Below are positions 1-14,987 of a stretch of 64,000 nt of DNA, piece by piece. Numbering within the stretch: position 1 is the stretch's first letter; each line of letters begins with the position of its first letter. Made by a program: the position numbers and the translations under genes. The notes under the pieces were generated by a model. It searched no databases and had not been told where the DNA came from. It saw nothing but the letters and a program-made list of their open reading frames with translations. Origin of the DNA: Octopus vulgaris (Eukaryota); contig OX597815.1 in assembly GCA_951406725.2 (NCBI GenBank), forward strand, positions 144,646,001 to 144,710,000, read 5' to 3'.

Positions 1-683
1 TGTCATATTCTCTGATGAGTCCAGATTTGCTGTTGCATTTCCTGACAGTGGTCGAGTGTGGGTCTGGAGACTGTAATCAAGAATTTGATGTGAAAATATT
101 GCAGCCGCTAATGACACACAACTATTCTGTGATGGTCTGGGGAGCAATTTGGAGCAATGGTTGATCAGAGCTAGTGGAGTGTGAAGGAGACATAAACTCA
201 GATAAATGTATCCATATTGCAGAAAGGACTCCTTCCAATCTTCTCCAGTGGGGAAATAATTACAGATGACTATTTATAGATGGTGCTCCTTGTCACACGG
301 CTAAAATTACCCAAGATTTTTTTTTTTATGAGAATGGCATTAAAAACCTTCCATGGCCAAGCCACTCACCAGATATGGACCCTATTGAACACCTCTGGGA
401 CATAAAAGATAGGGCACTTCATAAAAAAGAACAAGAAAGCATCTTCAAAGCCAGATCTTTTGAGATTACTGCATGAAACTTGGCAAGAAATTCCGCAAGA
501 GAATATTCGTCATCTCATCAGTAACATCCCTAATAGGGTTCTTGCATTGAAAAATGTGAAGGGTATGTCTACTAAATATTAAATAATCACATTATAACAA
601 TGAATAGATAATTTGAATATATTTCAGATTTAAATAAATTTTAATGATTATAAGGGTGTCTATTTACTTCTGTCATGTATGTG
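1..683 (+). mobile_element. Tc1-family DNA transposon, 3' part (decayed DDE transposase plus right TIR)
   Basis: Manual translation gives VIFSDESRF, SVMVWGAIW, DGAPCHTAK, WPSHSPDMDPIEHLW and GMSTKY* (stop ~581), with stops and frameshifts. 655-683 reverse-complements to a Tc1-like TIR (CACATACATGACAGAAGTAAATAGACACC). Confidence 0.9.
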
Positions 684-687
684 TGAC

Positions 688-732
<45 letters not shown>

Positions 733-1494
733 TACACATACGTGTATTCACATGCACAAATATACGCACACACATATATGCTTGCATGTATATACATTAT
801 CCCAAAAATAAAACACACGCACATACATACACACACAGATGTTCACCGGCGCCATCGTTATAACAATTACACGCTTTCACGCACATGCGCACACGAACAC
901 GCATGCACACCCACACACCTTCACAAGATCATAATGCACATACATACATACGCACACACACATATACACACGCTTCCTTGCACATATGGTTTACCTAGCA
1001 CCACAGTCACCACCACCACACCCACCGCCACCACCACAATCACCACAACCACCACCACACACCACTGCCTCCACCGCTGCTGCCAATAAATAAGCATCAG
1101 ACACTCTGAGAACAAATCTGTTAGACGGCACACATTGAAAACATTACAAAGATTTAAAGAAAGTCATTAATAAATCAGTCAGTGCGTGTGTTCTTGTTAG
1201 CAGAATGACCCTCCAAACGTACAGTTTCAAGTCAAAGTATTTGCGAAAAGGATGCAACACACACACATACACACACAAATGTACATATATGTGCGTGTAT
1301 GTGTGTGTGTGCGTGCGCGCGCTTCATATTCCACTTATAAGCACAATTGGACCATGCTAAACTATAATTATCTACAAACAGTGTGAATAAAATTATATGT
1401 AACCAATAACTAATTCCACCTAGGAGCATAAATGACCTTAAGGACTCGTATAATCATAGTGAAGCGCGCGTGCACACGCACACACACACTCTCA

Positions 1495-1526
<32 letters not shown>

Positions 1527-1567
1527 GACACACACACAAATAAACAGACAAATAAGAACCAATTAGA

Positions 1568-1926
1568 AACAAGTGCACTCAGAGAGCGCAAACCGCCTAG
1601 ACAACACCAACGTCCTCTCGACGATTAGCCGGAGATGATTTTTAAAATGAGACTGTCTGAAATAAACTCGTCTGCTCTCACAAATGAGAATACTAAAAAT
1701 AAACCCAACCGCTCTCAACAATAAGGTAAAGAAACAAGAAAAATAATCCAGAACTCTTGTCCGGTACCGGATTGATCCCAAAATCTAATCAGTTCGTGCC
1801 AGTCACGAGGCCAAACATCCCTGAAAGTTTCATCCGAATCCATCCAGCGGTTCTTGAGATATCTTGTCCACGGACAAATTTACACGACAGAAAATAATAC
1901 CTCTACCTTCGCTAAGGCGGAGGTAA
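1568..1926. mobile_element. Dispersed non-autonomous repeat with terminal hairpin (Helentron/HINE-like), copy 1
   Basis: Starts AACAAGTGCACTCAGAGAGCGCAAACC and ends ACCTCTACCTTCGCTAAGGCGGAGGTAA (hairpin). Homologous to 19312-19665. Class assignment is inference. Confidence 0.6.
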
Positions 1927-2042
1927 CTATAAGACTGTAACAAGAAGAAAAACAGCCAGTTTAACACAACCAGGACTAAATCCCTTCATCATTATGAATA
2001 TATTTTGTATTGCAGATATATATATACATATATATATATATA

Positions 2043-2661
2043 TAATTAATTAATTAAGGGTAGAAATTGATATTTATCAATTAAAACCAGTGGTCTAGCA
2101 TATTAAAAAAGAATCCGAAGATTAAAATATTTATATATACCAATTAAGGACTGAACACGAAAAGTGGACAGTCAACATGCTAGATATAGACGTCAAATCG
2201 CCATTCTCCACAAAAGATTATGTTCTCAATTTCTACCCTTAATTAATTTTATATAAATAAATATGTTCTCTAACCGATAAATTGACTGCTGCTAATTATT
2301 AGCTGCAGGCTGGTTTTTTCGGGTCTCAACGCGCCAAAGTAAAGGCATTTGAAAGATATATTCGAATGTAATAGGTTGAACTCCATGCACGCGATACTCC
2401 GGTATCGTTTTGCATCTAGTCCAGCAAATTGCATTTATAACGGGCCATGCTGATGAATGCTACAGTTATCCTTGCGGATAATAATAGCCGAAACTGATCA
2501 GTACATGGGTAATTATTTTATTTCGTATATTTTCACTTGTTTATTGCTTTGGTTGTTTTGTGCTGAGTTTGATTTGAGAACATAATCTTTTGTGAAGAAT
2601 AGCGATTTGACGTCTATATCTAGCATGTTGACTGTCCACTTTTCGTGTTCAGTCCTTAATT

Positions 2662-2668
<7 letters not shown>
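2043..2668 (+). mobile_element. Foldback element with internal hammerhead (Penelope-like pLTR/retrozyme-like), between (TA)n tracts
   Basis: Inverted repeats 2135-2229/2574-2668 and 2048-2070/2226-2248; hammerhead at 2445-2508; TA microsatellite on both sides. Confidence 0.75.
2445..2508 (+). ncRNA. Type I hammerhead ribozyme motif
   Basis: CCATG-CTGATGA-at GCTA..(TTATCC ttgc GGATAA)..TAGC c-GAAACTGATCAGTA-CATGG: stem I CCATG/CATGG, canonical core, palindromic stem III ACTGATCAGT, GUA cleavage triplet. Confidence 0.85.
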
Positions 2669-2701
<33 letters not shown>

Positions 2702-2719
2702 TATTCAATATATATATTT

Positions 2720-2930
2720 CATATGTGACCGCGGGTGTATCGTTGGCGATATTTTTTCTCCGTCTTCCCTTCCTTGGACCTTTCCTTTTTCTATGTTTCT
2801 GACGAAGAGCTCCGCTCGAAACGTTAAATCGTCCTTCTTTCTTTCCTTTCCTGAGCGTCCAATAACACTATACATGTTCCACGTCCACGTGTTGTTGTGT
2901 TTTCTCTTTGTTCATGTTTGGATTAACTAT
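2720..2930 (+). mobile_element. Short hammerhead-bearing repeat (family A), 3' end abutting (TA)n
   Basis: Contains GTTT-CTGACGA-A-GAGCtccGCTC-GAAACGTT-AAAT (2795-2829). Related pieces at 4672-4760 (-), 28290-28470 (-), 54335-54420 (-), and more loosely 3428-3515 (-) and 39240-39390 (+). Confidence 0.75.
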
Positions 2931-2944
2931 ATATATATATATAT

Positions 2945-3086
2945 AACGTAAAGTATACTAGCCGTCTCAATATGGCTAACCACTAAGGGTGGGTGTTACT
3001 GTAGTTTTTAGCCCCAGGGCTAAAAGCTACAGTAACACCCACCCTTAGTGGTTAGCCATATTGAGATGGCTAGTATACTTTACGTT
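2945..3086. repeat. Near-perfect palindrome, ~70 bp arms
   Basis: AACGTAAAGTATACTAGCC...TTTAGCCC cag GGCTAAAA...GGCTAGTATACTTTACGTT. Confidence 0.95.
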
Positions 3087-3168
3087 GTCGAGCAGTTACT
3101 GTTTACATCTCGTTCAGAGATTTATTATTGCTATATATATATATATAAATTTACAATGTTTTTTCAAA

Positions 3169-3242
<74 letters not shown>

Positions 3243-3275
3243 TAATCAAAATAAAAACATGACGCCAAGGATTCA

Positions 3276-3353
3276 GCGGTACGTATGTTTCGGGCCTTTA
3301 TTAGACGGATTTATAACAATGCATAATGTATGTCTGTGGCCTTCTTCAGCCGC
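3276..3353 (-). ncRNA. Type I hammerhead ribozyme motif with extended stem II
   Basis: Minus strand: GCGG-CTGAAGA-AGGCC...(~45 nt)...GGCCC-GAAACATACGTA-CCGC; stem I GCGG/CCGC; flanked by (TA)n tracts. Confidence 0.75.
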
Positions 3354-3358
3354 GCACA

Positions 3359-3429
<71 letters not shown>

Positions 3430-3514
3430 AGAGTTTACGAAAAAAACAAAAGACGAAGACAGGTGGTGTACAAAATAAACAGATGTATTAGTATAACGCT
3501 CAGGAATAGAAAAA

Positions 3515-3548
<34 letters not shown>

Positions 3549-3914
3549 TAACAGAGGATTGAGAAATCTTTGGTATTATTTAATCACCATTACTCATATT
3601 TCATTTGCTGAAAGGTGTTACGAAATTGTACATGTACGAGAAACATGTGAGATATCTCCTATTAGAAATTATTTAGAGAATCAAATTATACATGTTCTCC
3701 CTACATGTACAATTTTCTTACTGCTATTAGCAAATGGAACACGTATAATGATGAATAAATAATACCAAAGATTTTTCCAATCTCTTCTTTTCATATATAT
3801 ATGTATAATACGCTGCAAAAAATACTTTTCAGAATTTTCAACTCATGCGTATCTCATACAAATATAAAATCTACATACGGATTTGCTATACTGGAGAACA
3901 GCTTGGATTTTAAT

Positions 3915-3951
<37 letters not shown>

Positions 3952-4047
3952 ATATATATATATATATATATACATACATTTATGTGTCTGTGCGCGCGCA
4001 AGCACACACACTGTAGTATAGAACAATACAAATGAGTGACCAGCACC

Positions 4048-4090
4048 GCTGGTGGCTGTGTGGTAAGTAGCTTGCTTACCAACCACATGG
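4048..4090 (+). mobile_element. SINE-A head fragment truncated at the duplication breakpoint
   Basis: GTGGCTGTGTGGTAAGTAGCTTGCTTACCAACCACATGG matches the SINE-A 5' end and stops where the inverted duplicate begins. Confidence 0.85.
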
Positions 4091-4326
4091 AAACTCTATA
4101 GGAACTATACAAACAGGGCTCCTGTACTATAGCAAGGCATTTGTATAGGATCACTGAAACTAGGTCAGGCACGCAACCATTCTCGTCCCCACCATCGACA
4201 ACAGAAAAACAGAATTTTTTTTTTTCAACTTTCTTGGAAGCGAAACAGACCCGATGAAGATAGGGATAGCTCAATGCAACCTCAAACCAAAAATACTGCT
4301 ATTGTAATTTATATATGTATATGTGT

Positions 4327-4467
<141 letters not shown>

Positions 4468-4759
4468 AACAAAAGACTGGGGAAAGTTTTGGAATTATTT
4501 AATTATTTATTACTCTGCAGAAAATAAATATTTTCCAGCATTTTCAACTCTTATGCTTGCCTCACGCAAATATAACATCGACATACGGATTTGGAATACT
4601 GAATGAAGCAGATTTGCTGGATAAGGACAGAACTTAGATTTTAACCTTTTCTACATTATATATATATATATAGTTAATCCAAACAAGAAAACACACAACA
4701 ACGCGAGGACGTGGAACAAATAAAGTATTATTGGACGCTCAGGAAAGAAGGGAAGAAGA

Positions 4760-6265
<1,506 letters not shown>

Positions 6266-6744
6266 TAAATCCTAGGTAAATTTCCAATTTACCCCCACCC
6301 ATACTTAGTATTCAATTGCAATATTGCCATGCAATAGTAAGCAATTGGTTAAAAATATGTAGGTACACATCCAGTAGTATACTGGATATTTAATATCCCT
6401 TACATACGCCGGATGTAAAGGAAAGTGAATATTTTACGGCAGTTTTCTATAATGAGGGTGTAGCATTTCATTGTTTTTGTATTTATTTAGAGTAAAGATA
6501 AGCATAAAAATTACCCTTAAGAAAGAAAGGTATTTTTTGTACAAAGCCCAGAATTTCGGGGGAAGAGGTAGTGTTTCACTAGTACTTAATTTATCCCGAA
6601 AGGGGATTTGAACTCAGAATGTTAGCTTGTCAACGTCCCCGTACTTAGCGGTTGGATAGAATAAATACCAGATTTTAGAAAATAATGTGTGGGGTCGTCG
6701 TGTTGGATTAAATTCTTCAACAAGTAAAAGAAAAAGAAGATACA

Positions 6745-7136
6745 GGCGCAGGAGTGGCTGTGTGGTGAGTAGCTTGCTTCCCAACCGCATGATTCCGGGT
6801 TCAGTCCCACTGCGTGGCACCTTGGGCAAGTGTCTTTTATTATAGCCTCAGGCCAACCAAAGCCTTGTGAGTGGATTTGGTAGACGGAAACTGAAAGAAG
6901 CCCGTCGTATATGTATATATACATGTATGTGTGTGTATATGTTTGTCCCCTCAACATTGCTTGACAATCGATGCTGGTGTGTTTACGTCCCCGTAACCTA
7001 GCGATTCGGCAAAAGAGGCCGATAGAATAAGTACTAGTCTTACAAAGAATAAGTCCTGAGATCGATTTGCTCGACTAAAGGCGGTGCTCCAGCATGGCCA
7101 CAGTCAAAATGACTGAACAAGTAAAAGAGTAAAGAG
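6745..7136 (+). mobile_element. SINE-A (tRNA-like head, internal microsatellite, GTAAAAGA tail)
   Basis: GGCGCAGGAGTGGCTGTGTGG...GGTTCAGTCCC...ACCTTGGGCAAGT...CAAGTAAAAGAG; many copies in the window. Confidence 0.9.
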
Positions 7137-7188
7137 ATATATATAAATAATTGTCTATTTGGATGTTTTGTGTTCTTGTTCCATTTTG

Positions 7189-7251
<63 letters not shown>

Positions 7252-7436
7252 CGCCGTCTCTCGACCTGCTAAAATGGCAACTAGTGCTCCCTCAAATCAC
7301 TTTCTATGGCCTGAACAAAGGAAGAATAAAGTAGAATAAGCACTGCAGCGTAAGTAGTCGTCACTTGCGAGCGAGTATGGTTTGGTAACATGTATCATGC
7401 TTTGGTTGGTTGCTTTTAGGTGACTATGTAGTCGCA

Positions 7437-7690
7437 TGTGAAGGTGCGTGGCCTAGTTACAGCGTTGTGCATACGATCGCGAGATCTTGTTTCCGATTTC
7501 CAGATCGGGTTGTGTGTTGAGCAAAAACACTTCATTTTACGTTGTTCCAATCCACTTAGCTGTAGATGTAACCTTACAAGGGACAGGCGTCCTGTTCAGG
7601 GAAGATATTGTGATCTCGGTGAGACGCCATGGAAACTGGGGAAACCGGCCCTAAGAGTCCTAGGGCTTGAGACAGTAGCGTTTGAGGGGT
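7437..7690 (+). mobile_element. Degenerate tRNA-derived SINE
   Basis: GTGAAGGTGCGTGGCCTAGTT head with GTTTCCGATTTCC box; resembles the head at 53932. Confidence 0.55.
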
Positions 7691-8977
7691 AGGAAGTGAT
7701 GATGATGATAGTTGTGTGCAGATATAGATGTTCGGCTGGCTGAAGAAGGGTCAAAATCCAAGACGTGATTGCCGCAGGGAGAGGCGATCGAACCCGCCAC
7801 TGGCTGGTAGACGACATCGTCATAAATGAGATTGGCACGGATGGAATACTTTTCATTGTTGGTCTATTCGATCAACATCGAACGAAACTTAAAAGAAGAG
7901 AAGAAAACAAAAACAACTACAAAACAATTACTACTTCTACTACTACCACCACCATCACTACTACCTCAACCACCACCACTTCTACAACTACCACCACCAC
8001 CACCATTACTACTTCTTACTGTCAACACCAACCCCCACCGCCCCTCCCACTTCAACGAGGTGTGTCTAATAACTATAAAGTCATAATAGCAAATATAAAT
8101 GTGTAAGGTGAGCTGCGCCAAGACACGCTGTCCTGCTTTGTTGTTAAAGGATTGAAGATATTTCAATTTCAAGGCCACCACTTATTAAAAGGTTGTAAAA
8201 AAAATATGCGAGCTATATTTTTGAGCCGTGAACATATCTGTAAGTACAATGGTTAAGTTAATGTTAGTATTTATTATAAAGAGTATTAAACGGTTGGCTG
8301 AGTGAAAGGAAAATAAAAATGCATTAATTTATATTTTACGCATTTCCGGTTTTTTCTTTTTTTTTTCAGACAAGTATGGGGGTGACCACTTTGGATATAT
8401 TTCTGTCTATTTTTCACTTCATCAATGAATGATATCTTTCGCCATGGTGGGGTAAAACTCAAACTAACAGAAACACCGCCCTCCGGTTGGTTTTCTGCAA
8501 GTGTTCGTCATGTTTGCTTGTGTGAAGCTGTTGTGAAGTGAACATCTGTTAATACAGAGGCAGTTTTGCGGATAAACAAATTAAATGCTAAATGTATTGG
8601 ATATAATAGGTTGGGTATTGCTGCTGCTTCGTGTAGAAATCTAGGCAAGCGGGGGTCACAATCACCATCGTGATAACAAAGACGAACAATGGTTAAACTT
8701 TTTTGGAGCCATTTATGTTCTACTGGTACGTAACATCGTGTAGGTGTGCCGCGTGTCTATACAATTGTATGGCAAGTGTACTGTAGACGACAAAAGAAGC
8801 GAAATACAAAATAAGATCAATTTAAATACAAAAATTATTTGACCAGGGTTTTACTGATATTTGACTTCCTGATATACAACTTTCTTGTTACAAAGTTTGA
8901 TTACAAAATACATTCAATATGTTTACTATGACTGACACACATGCGGGCGAAAAGTACCGAGTGAGAAGGAAAAAAAA

Positions 8978-9330
8978 GCGTAGAAGTAGCTGTGTGGTAA
9001 GTAGCTTGCCACATGGTTCCGCGTTCAGTCCCATTGCGTGACACCTTGGGCAAGTGTCTTCTACTATAACCTCGGGCCAACCAAAGCATTGTGAGTGGAT
9101 TTGGTAGACGGAAACAGAAAGAAGCCCATTGTGTATATATGTATATATATTTATGTGCGTGTGCCTTTGTGTCTGTGTTTACCATCGCTTGACAACCGAT
9201 GTTGGCGTGTTTATGTCCCCGAAACTTAGCAGTTCGGCAAAAGAGCTTGCCCAAGGTGCCATGCAGTGAGACTGAACCCGGAACCATGTGGTTAGGAAGC
9301 AAGCTTCTTACCACACAGCCACGCCTGCCC
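8978..9330. mobile_element. SINE-A (+, 8978-9243) fused to an inverted SINE-A head (-, 9245-9330)
   Basis: Both halves match SINE-A in opposite orientations. Confidence 0.8.
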
Positions 9331-9642
9331 CTATATACATAAAATAGAATTTTTTCTCAAACATCAAATGGCTATGAGGGTCCAGTAGAACAAAATAGGA
9401 GTCAAAGGAGTCCATGTTAACGGCATCACTCTCCGATCCTGGATGATGGTCTGTAACAGCTATGGGCACTGCCCCTTCTTCTCGACACGGCTAGTAAAAA
9501 TATGACTAAATTTTTTTGACAAGTATGGTAACAGTAAATGGGAAATTGTAAGTTGAATGAATAAAACATATTCAAAATTGTTTTCATTCTTAGAAGAATT
9601 AATTATACTAAACATTCGATAAAAGCTACTACTATATGTGTG

Positions 9643-9699
<57 letters not shown>

Positions 9700-9925
9700 A
9701 TGTGTGTGTGTGTTTGTGTGTGTGTGTGTTATAATCGTAGGAAACTTCAACGACCACTTTCAAAGCTGTTCATTCATTGTTGTTCGTTGCGCAGCAATTT
9801 ACTGACTGCTTTGGTTTACTGCAAATAGTAAGCGAACCGTTCAAACAGAACGGGTCATGACCTTTTCCAAAGCCACTCATGCAAGTGGGAGGAAGGGGGT
9901 GAGTTTCTTTCAAATCAGCGAACTA

Positions 9926-10395
9926 CAGTAATCCCTCGACTATCGCGGGTGTTACGTTCCAAAGCCTCTCCCACCCCCCGCGATTGGTGAAAATTCCTTA
10001 AGTAGAAACAGTGCCGTATTGTATATTTTTTCAAAAATTATTCTTGGTAATTTGTATATATTTACGGAGATGTACTTGCATAGCAAGTGACTTGATCTGA
10101 GATCGTGTGCTGGAACGAAAACAATTGCAGCGTGGAAGGTGTTTATAAGCCATTTAAGAAACACACAAAACCGTTAGATTCACTTCAACATTTTAATTAA
10201 TGGTTTTTGTGTGTTTCTTAAATGGCTTATAAACACCTTCCACGCTGCAATTGTTTTTGTGTATATATTTATTTTATCATAAATGCAAAACAACACCACG
10301 GAGGAAACGACGTAAGCTTAAATAATAAACTGCAATAGGTGAACCACGATAGGTAAACCTCGATAGATGAACCGCGATATGGCGAGGGATTACTG
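9926..10395. mobile_element. pogo/Tigger-type MITE with an inserted palindrome (10117-10258)
   Basis: TA-CAGTAATCCCTCG...CGAGGGATTACTG-TA. Confidence 0.85.
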
Positions 10396-10409
10396 TATAT
10401 ACATATATA

Positions 10410-10636
10410 CAATAATCCCTCGACTATCGCGGGTGTTTCGTTTCAACCCCCAACCGCCCGCGATTGGTGAAAATCCGCGAAATAGAAACAGTACTGTACT
10501 GTATATTTTTTCTATTATTTTTATAATTTGTATATATTTATTTTATTATAAATGCAATACAGCACCGCGGAGGAATCGACATAAGCTTAAATAATAACCC
10601 GCGATAGGTGAACCGCGATATGGCGAGGGATTATTA
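10410..10636. mobile_element. Second tandem copy of the same MITE, without the insertion
   Basis: CAATAATCCCTCGACTATCGCGG...CCGCGATATGGCGAGGGATTATTA. Confidence 0.85.
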
Positions 10637-11834
10637 TATTTCGAAAAATTGCAATAATGGAACCTCTCCTATATGCAACCCAAGAATCAGGTGCTGGTTT
10701 TAAAATACCCAAAGGATTAAGTCTTCCACCCAAAACAGAACTATCCACCTATGGTCTTCCGCACAGTTTCCTTCAACTAAATTACACTTACAAGATCGAA
10801 AGCTATAATAGAAGACGCTTTCTCAAGCACCAGGCTGTGGAATCGAACTCAAAACTACGTTGCTATCAACTTCTTAACGGAACAACCATTGAATTTACAG
10901 AAATTATGTTGGCGGTCACACACATGCATGAATGCACACACACATACATATACACGTATACATACAAAAACATACACTTATGTACATACACATACATACG
11001 CACACGCACATGCATTCATATACATAAATACACACAAACATACACATATGTATAAATGCATAGATACACATATATATATACGCACACATATATTCATTGA
11101 TACGCACAAATACACACGCATACATACATACATACATACATACATACATACATACATACATACATACATACATACACAAATACACACGCATACATACATA
11201 CATACATACATACATACACACGCAAACATACACGCACATATTTACACACAAACATACACATATCAACTCCTTCCAGAAAAAAACAAAAGACAAACGAACG
11301 AAATGCAACCTTACTCTCCTAATAAATATAGATCTGTGATTGGCTGTTACTAAATTATCCTTCATTTTAATTGGCTCTTACTAAAGTACCTTTTGTTATA
11401 ATTGGTTGCTACTAAACTATCCTTGGTTTTAATTGGCTGTCGCTAATCTATCTTTGACTAATTAGCGGTTGCTAAATTACCTTTCATCAGAATGCCTAAT
11501 TACAGATTTAATTTTCAGAGGGTTTCCACCCTTCATCAAGAACTAACCAACTTGATAAAGATAGCTAACTTGTTGGAATTTGCTCGAGCAGAACTATGGC
11601 CAAAATAGATTCCAGCCATGACCACTCTGCTTTATTCAGGTAATTGAGTATGAATTGCTGGTAGGGACACAGTATTTCGTCTTACAATGTAAAGAACCGT
11701 GTGATGCGAGATAACGCGAGTTGATGATGGACAACACACAGTCCTTATAATATATGTAAGATGGAATGCGACATGTGTGCAGGAAGAAAAGAGAGAGGGA
11801 CACAACAGCGTGGAATGCTTGTGAAAGATTCATT

Positions 11835-12075
11835 GATATACATTATTACATTATTTACATTTGACGGATATTTGTCCTCATGTTCTTTGTTGTTAACACA
11901 ACGTTTCGGCTGATATACCCTCCAGCCTTCATCAGGTGTCTTGGGGAAATTTCGAACCGGGGTTCTCATTCCTAAGGTATTTTTCAGTGTTATTAGTATT
12001 ATCATTCAGGTCACTGCCTGGAATCGAACTCGGAGTCTTGAGGTTAGTAGCCCGCGCTCTTAACCACTACGCCAT
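11835..12075 (-). mobile_element. tRNA-headed SINE-like element with hammerhead-containing tail
   Basis: Minus strand: A box TGGCGTAGTGG, B box GTTCGATTCC, then AATACCTTAGGAATGAGAAC and the hammerhead at 11895-11940. Confidence 0.75.
11895..11940 (-). ncRNA. Minimal type I hammerhead ribozyme motif
   Basis: GACAC-CTGATGA-A-GGCTG(gagggtatat)CAGCC-GAAACGTT-GTGTT; stem I GACAC/GTGTT. Confidence 0.85.
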
Positions 12076-12123
12076 TACATTAATTACAGCTTTCACAGGT
12101 GGGTGACGGACTTAAGTCTTCAT

Positions 12124-12213
12124 ATGGCATAGTGGTTGAGAGCGCGGGCTACTAACCCCAAGATTCCGAGTTCAATTCCAGGCAGTGACCTGAATAATAA
12201 TAATAATAATAAT
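12124..12213 (+). mobile_element. Inverted second copy of the tRNA-like head ending in (AAT)n
   Basis: ATGGCATAGTGGTTGAGAGCGCGGGCTACTAACC...GTTCAATTCCAGGCAGTGACCTGAAT is the inverse of 12003-12075. Confidence 0.85.
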
Positions 12214-12240
12214 AAGGTGCATGCGTGTGCGTTGTATCTA

Positions 12241-12805
12241 TATAGCAATGAAGATGAAGATTGGGAAATAGTCTATAATGAGAAGCTAGATGTTCATGGA
12301 CACAAGAACGAGAATATCAGTTCGTGATCAACTGTACACGGGTTGTTGTGATGCTGTATCAAGACGTCGTGGCTGTAGTGCAGAGCCGGTTGCGGTACGT
12401 GAAGTTGTGGCTGTGATGCTGAGCCGGTCACTTGATACAGGAGTCATCGCAGGTTGTATATTGACCGTTAATCCCTGGAGCTAACTCATAAACGGTGAAT
12501 CGAAGCGTTGAAGCCTGAGCGAGTTGTCTGTTGTGCTGTGTACGTAGAGAGATGATGTTGACGACGTTGGTGAGAGACATGATGGTGGCGACGAAGATGG
12601 AGGTTGCTGAGTTTTTATAGGGAGCAGTCGGCTCAAACTGGGGCTGAGAACAGACTGTCTCACGTGATTTATTTGGAGGCTGCGATTGGTTATATCCTGC
12701 AATTGGCGCGACAGAGTAAGAGACAAATTGCGCCAATACTAATCAATCAGTAGTATACACAACGGGGTCCAAATAGCGACCGAAGATTAGCTGTTATCTG
12801 CTACG
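12241..12805 (-). mobile_element. Possible solo LTR
   Basis: CpG-rich ~565 bp block bounded by TATAGCA...TGCTACG (decayed TGTAGCA/TGCTACA), with minus-strand CCTATAAAA near 12612-12620. No TSD seen. Confidence 0.35.
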
Positions 12806-13249
12806 TTCGGATGTATGTATATATAATAAAGGGGAGAAAACTGTAGTATATTACCAAATATATTAAAGGTTTATAAATCAATATCGTGTCCTATGGATTT
12901 TCAATTGAAAATTTGTTGCGATACGCTTAAAAAATATATTTATAATAGAGTATCAAGGACTACATAATCTTGTGTACCCGATTTCGTTGTAATTTTAGGC
13001 GATATGATGACATTTTAGGAAGATTTGGTTGTAATTTTTGGCAAAATCAAACGACCACAAAGAGACGAAAGGAATTGTGTGCCAGTCAAGAACTCTCGCC
13101 ATTTCCTAGTGGCTTCAAGAACGAGGAAGGAACGAGAAGTTCGGAATAGCAACTGACTGAAACACTGACATGGAAATGAATAAACTGTTACAATTAGAGA
13201 CGGTTTCTCTTGCTTTATATCCAAACGCATCTTCTCTTATTGTTTACAT

Positions 13250-14695
<1,446 letters not shown>

Positions 14696-14987
14696 TGATA
14701 ATCTACTTTTATCGTCAAGTAGTATTCATGAGCACGGATTAGCGATTTATAAGGTGAAGACAAAACATTTCGCGTAAACATTCAACCGAAAATATACAGC
14801 AAACAGAAGAACCGGATTGCGGCTACACCACGTGACGTGTTAGAAATAACAGCCAAATTTCTCTCATATCAATGCCTACCGTCAAAAACAAAAATAAAAG
14901 CAAAATGAATACAGCAGAGTTTGTACTTTTTGATACACTAAAATGGAAAGGAGACGATATTGCTATTCTATATTTCTGAGATTAGGG

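Noticed and set aside
10657-11055. 132 aa ORF
   Set aside because: Runs through a decayed SINE-like segment into a CA/TA microsatellite.
12003-12200. Possible genuine tRNA genes
   Set aside because: A and B boxes are present but there is no convincing acceptor stem or oligo-T terminator; treated as SINE heads. The same applies to 36660-36733 and 46694-46770.
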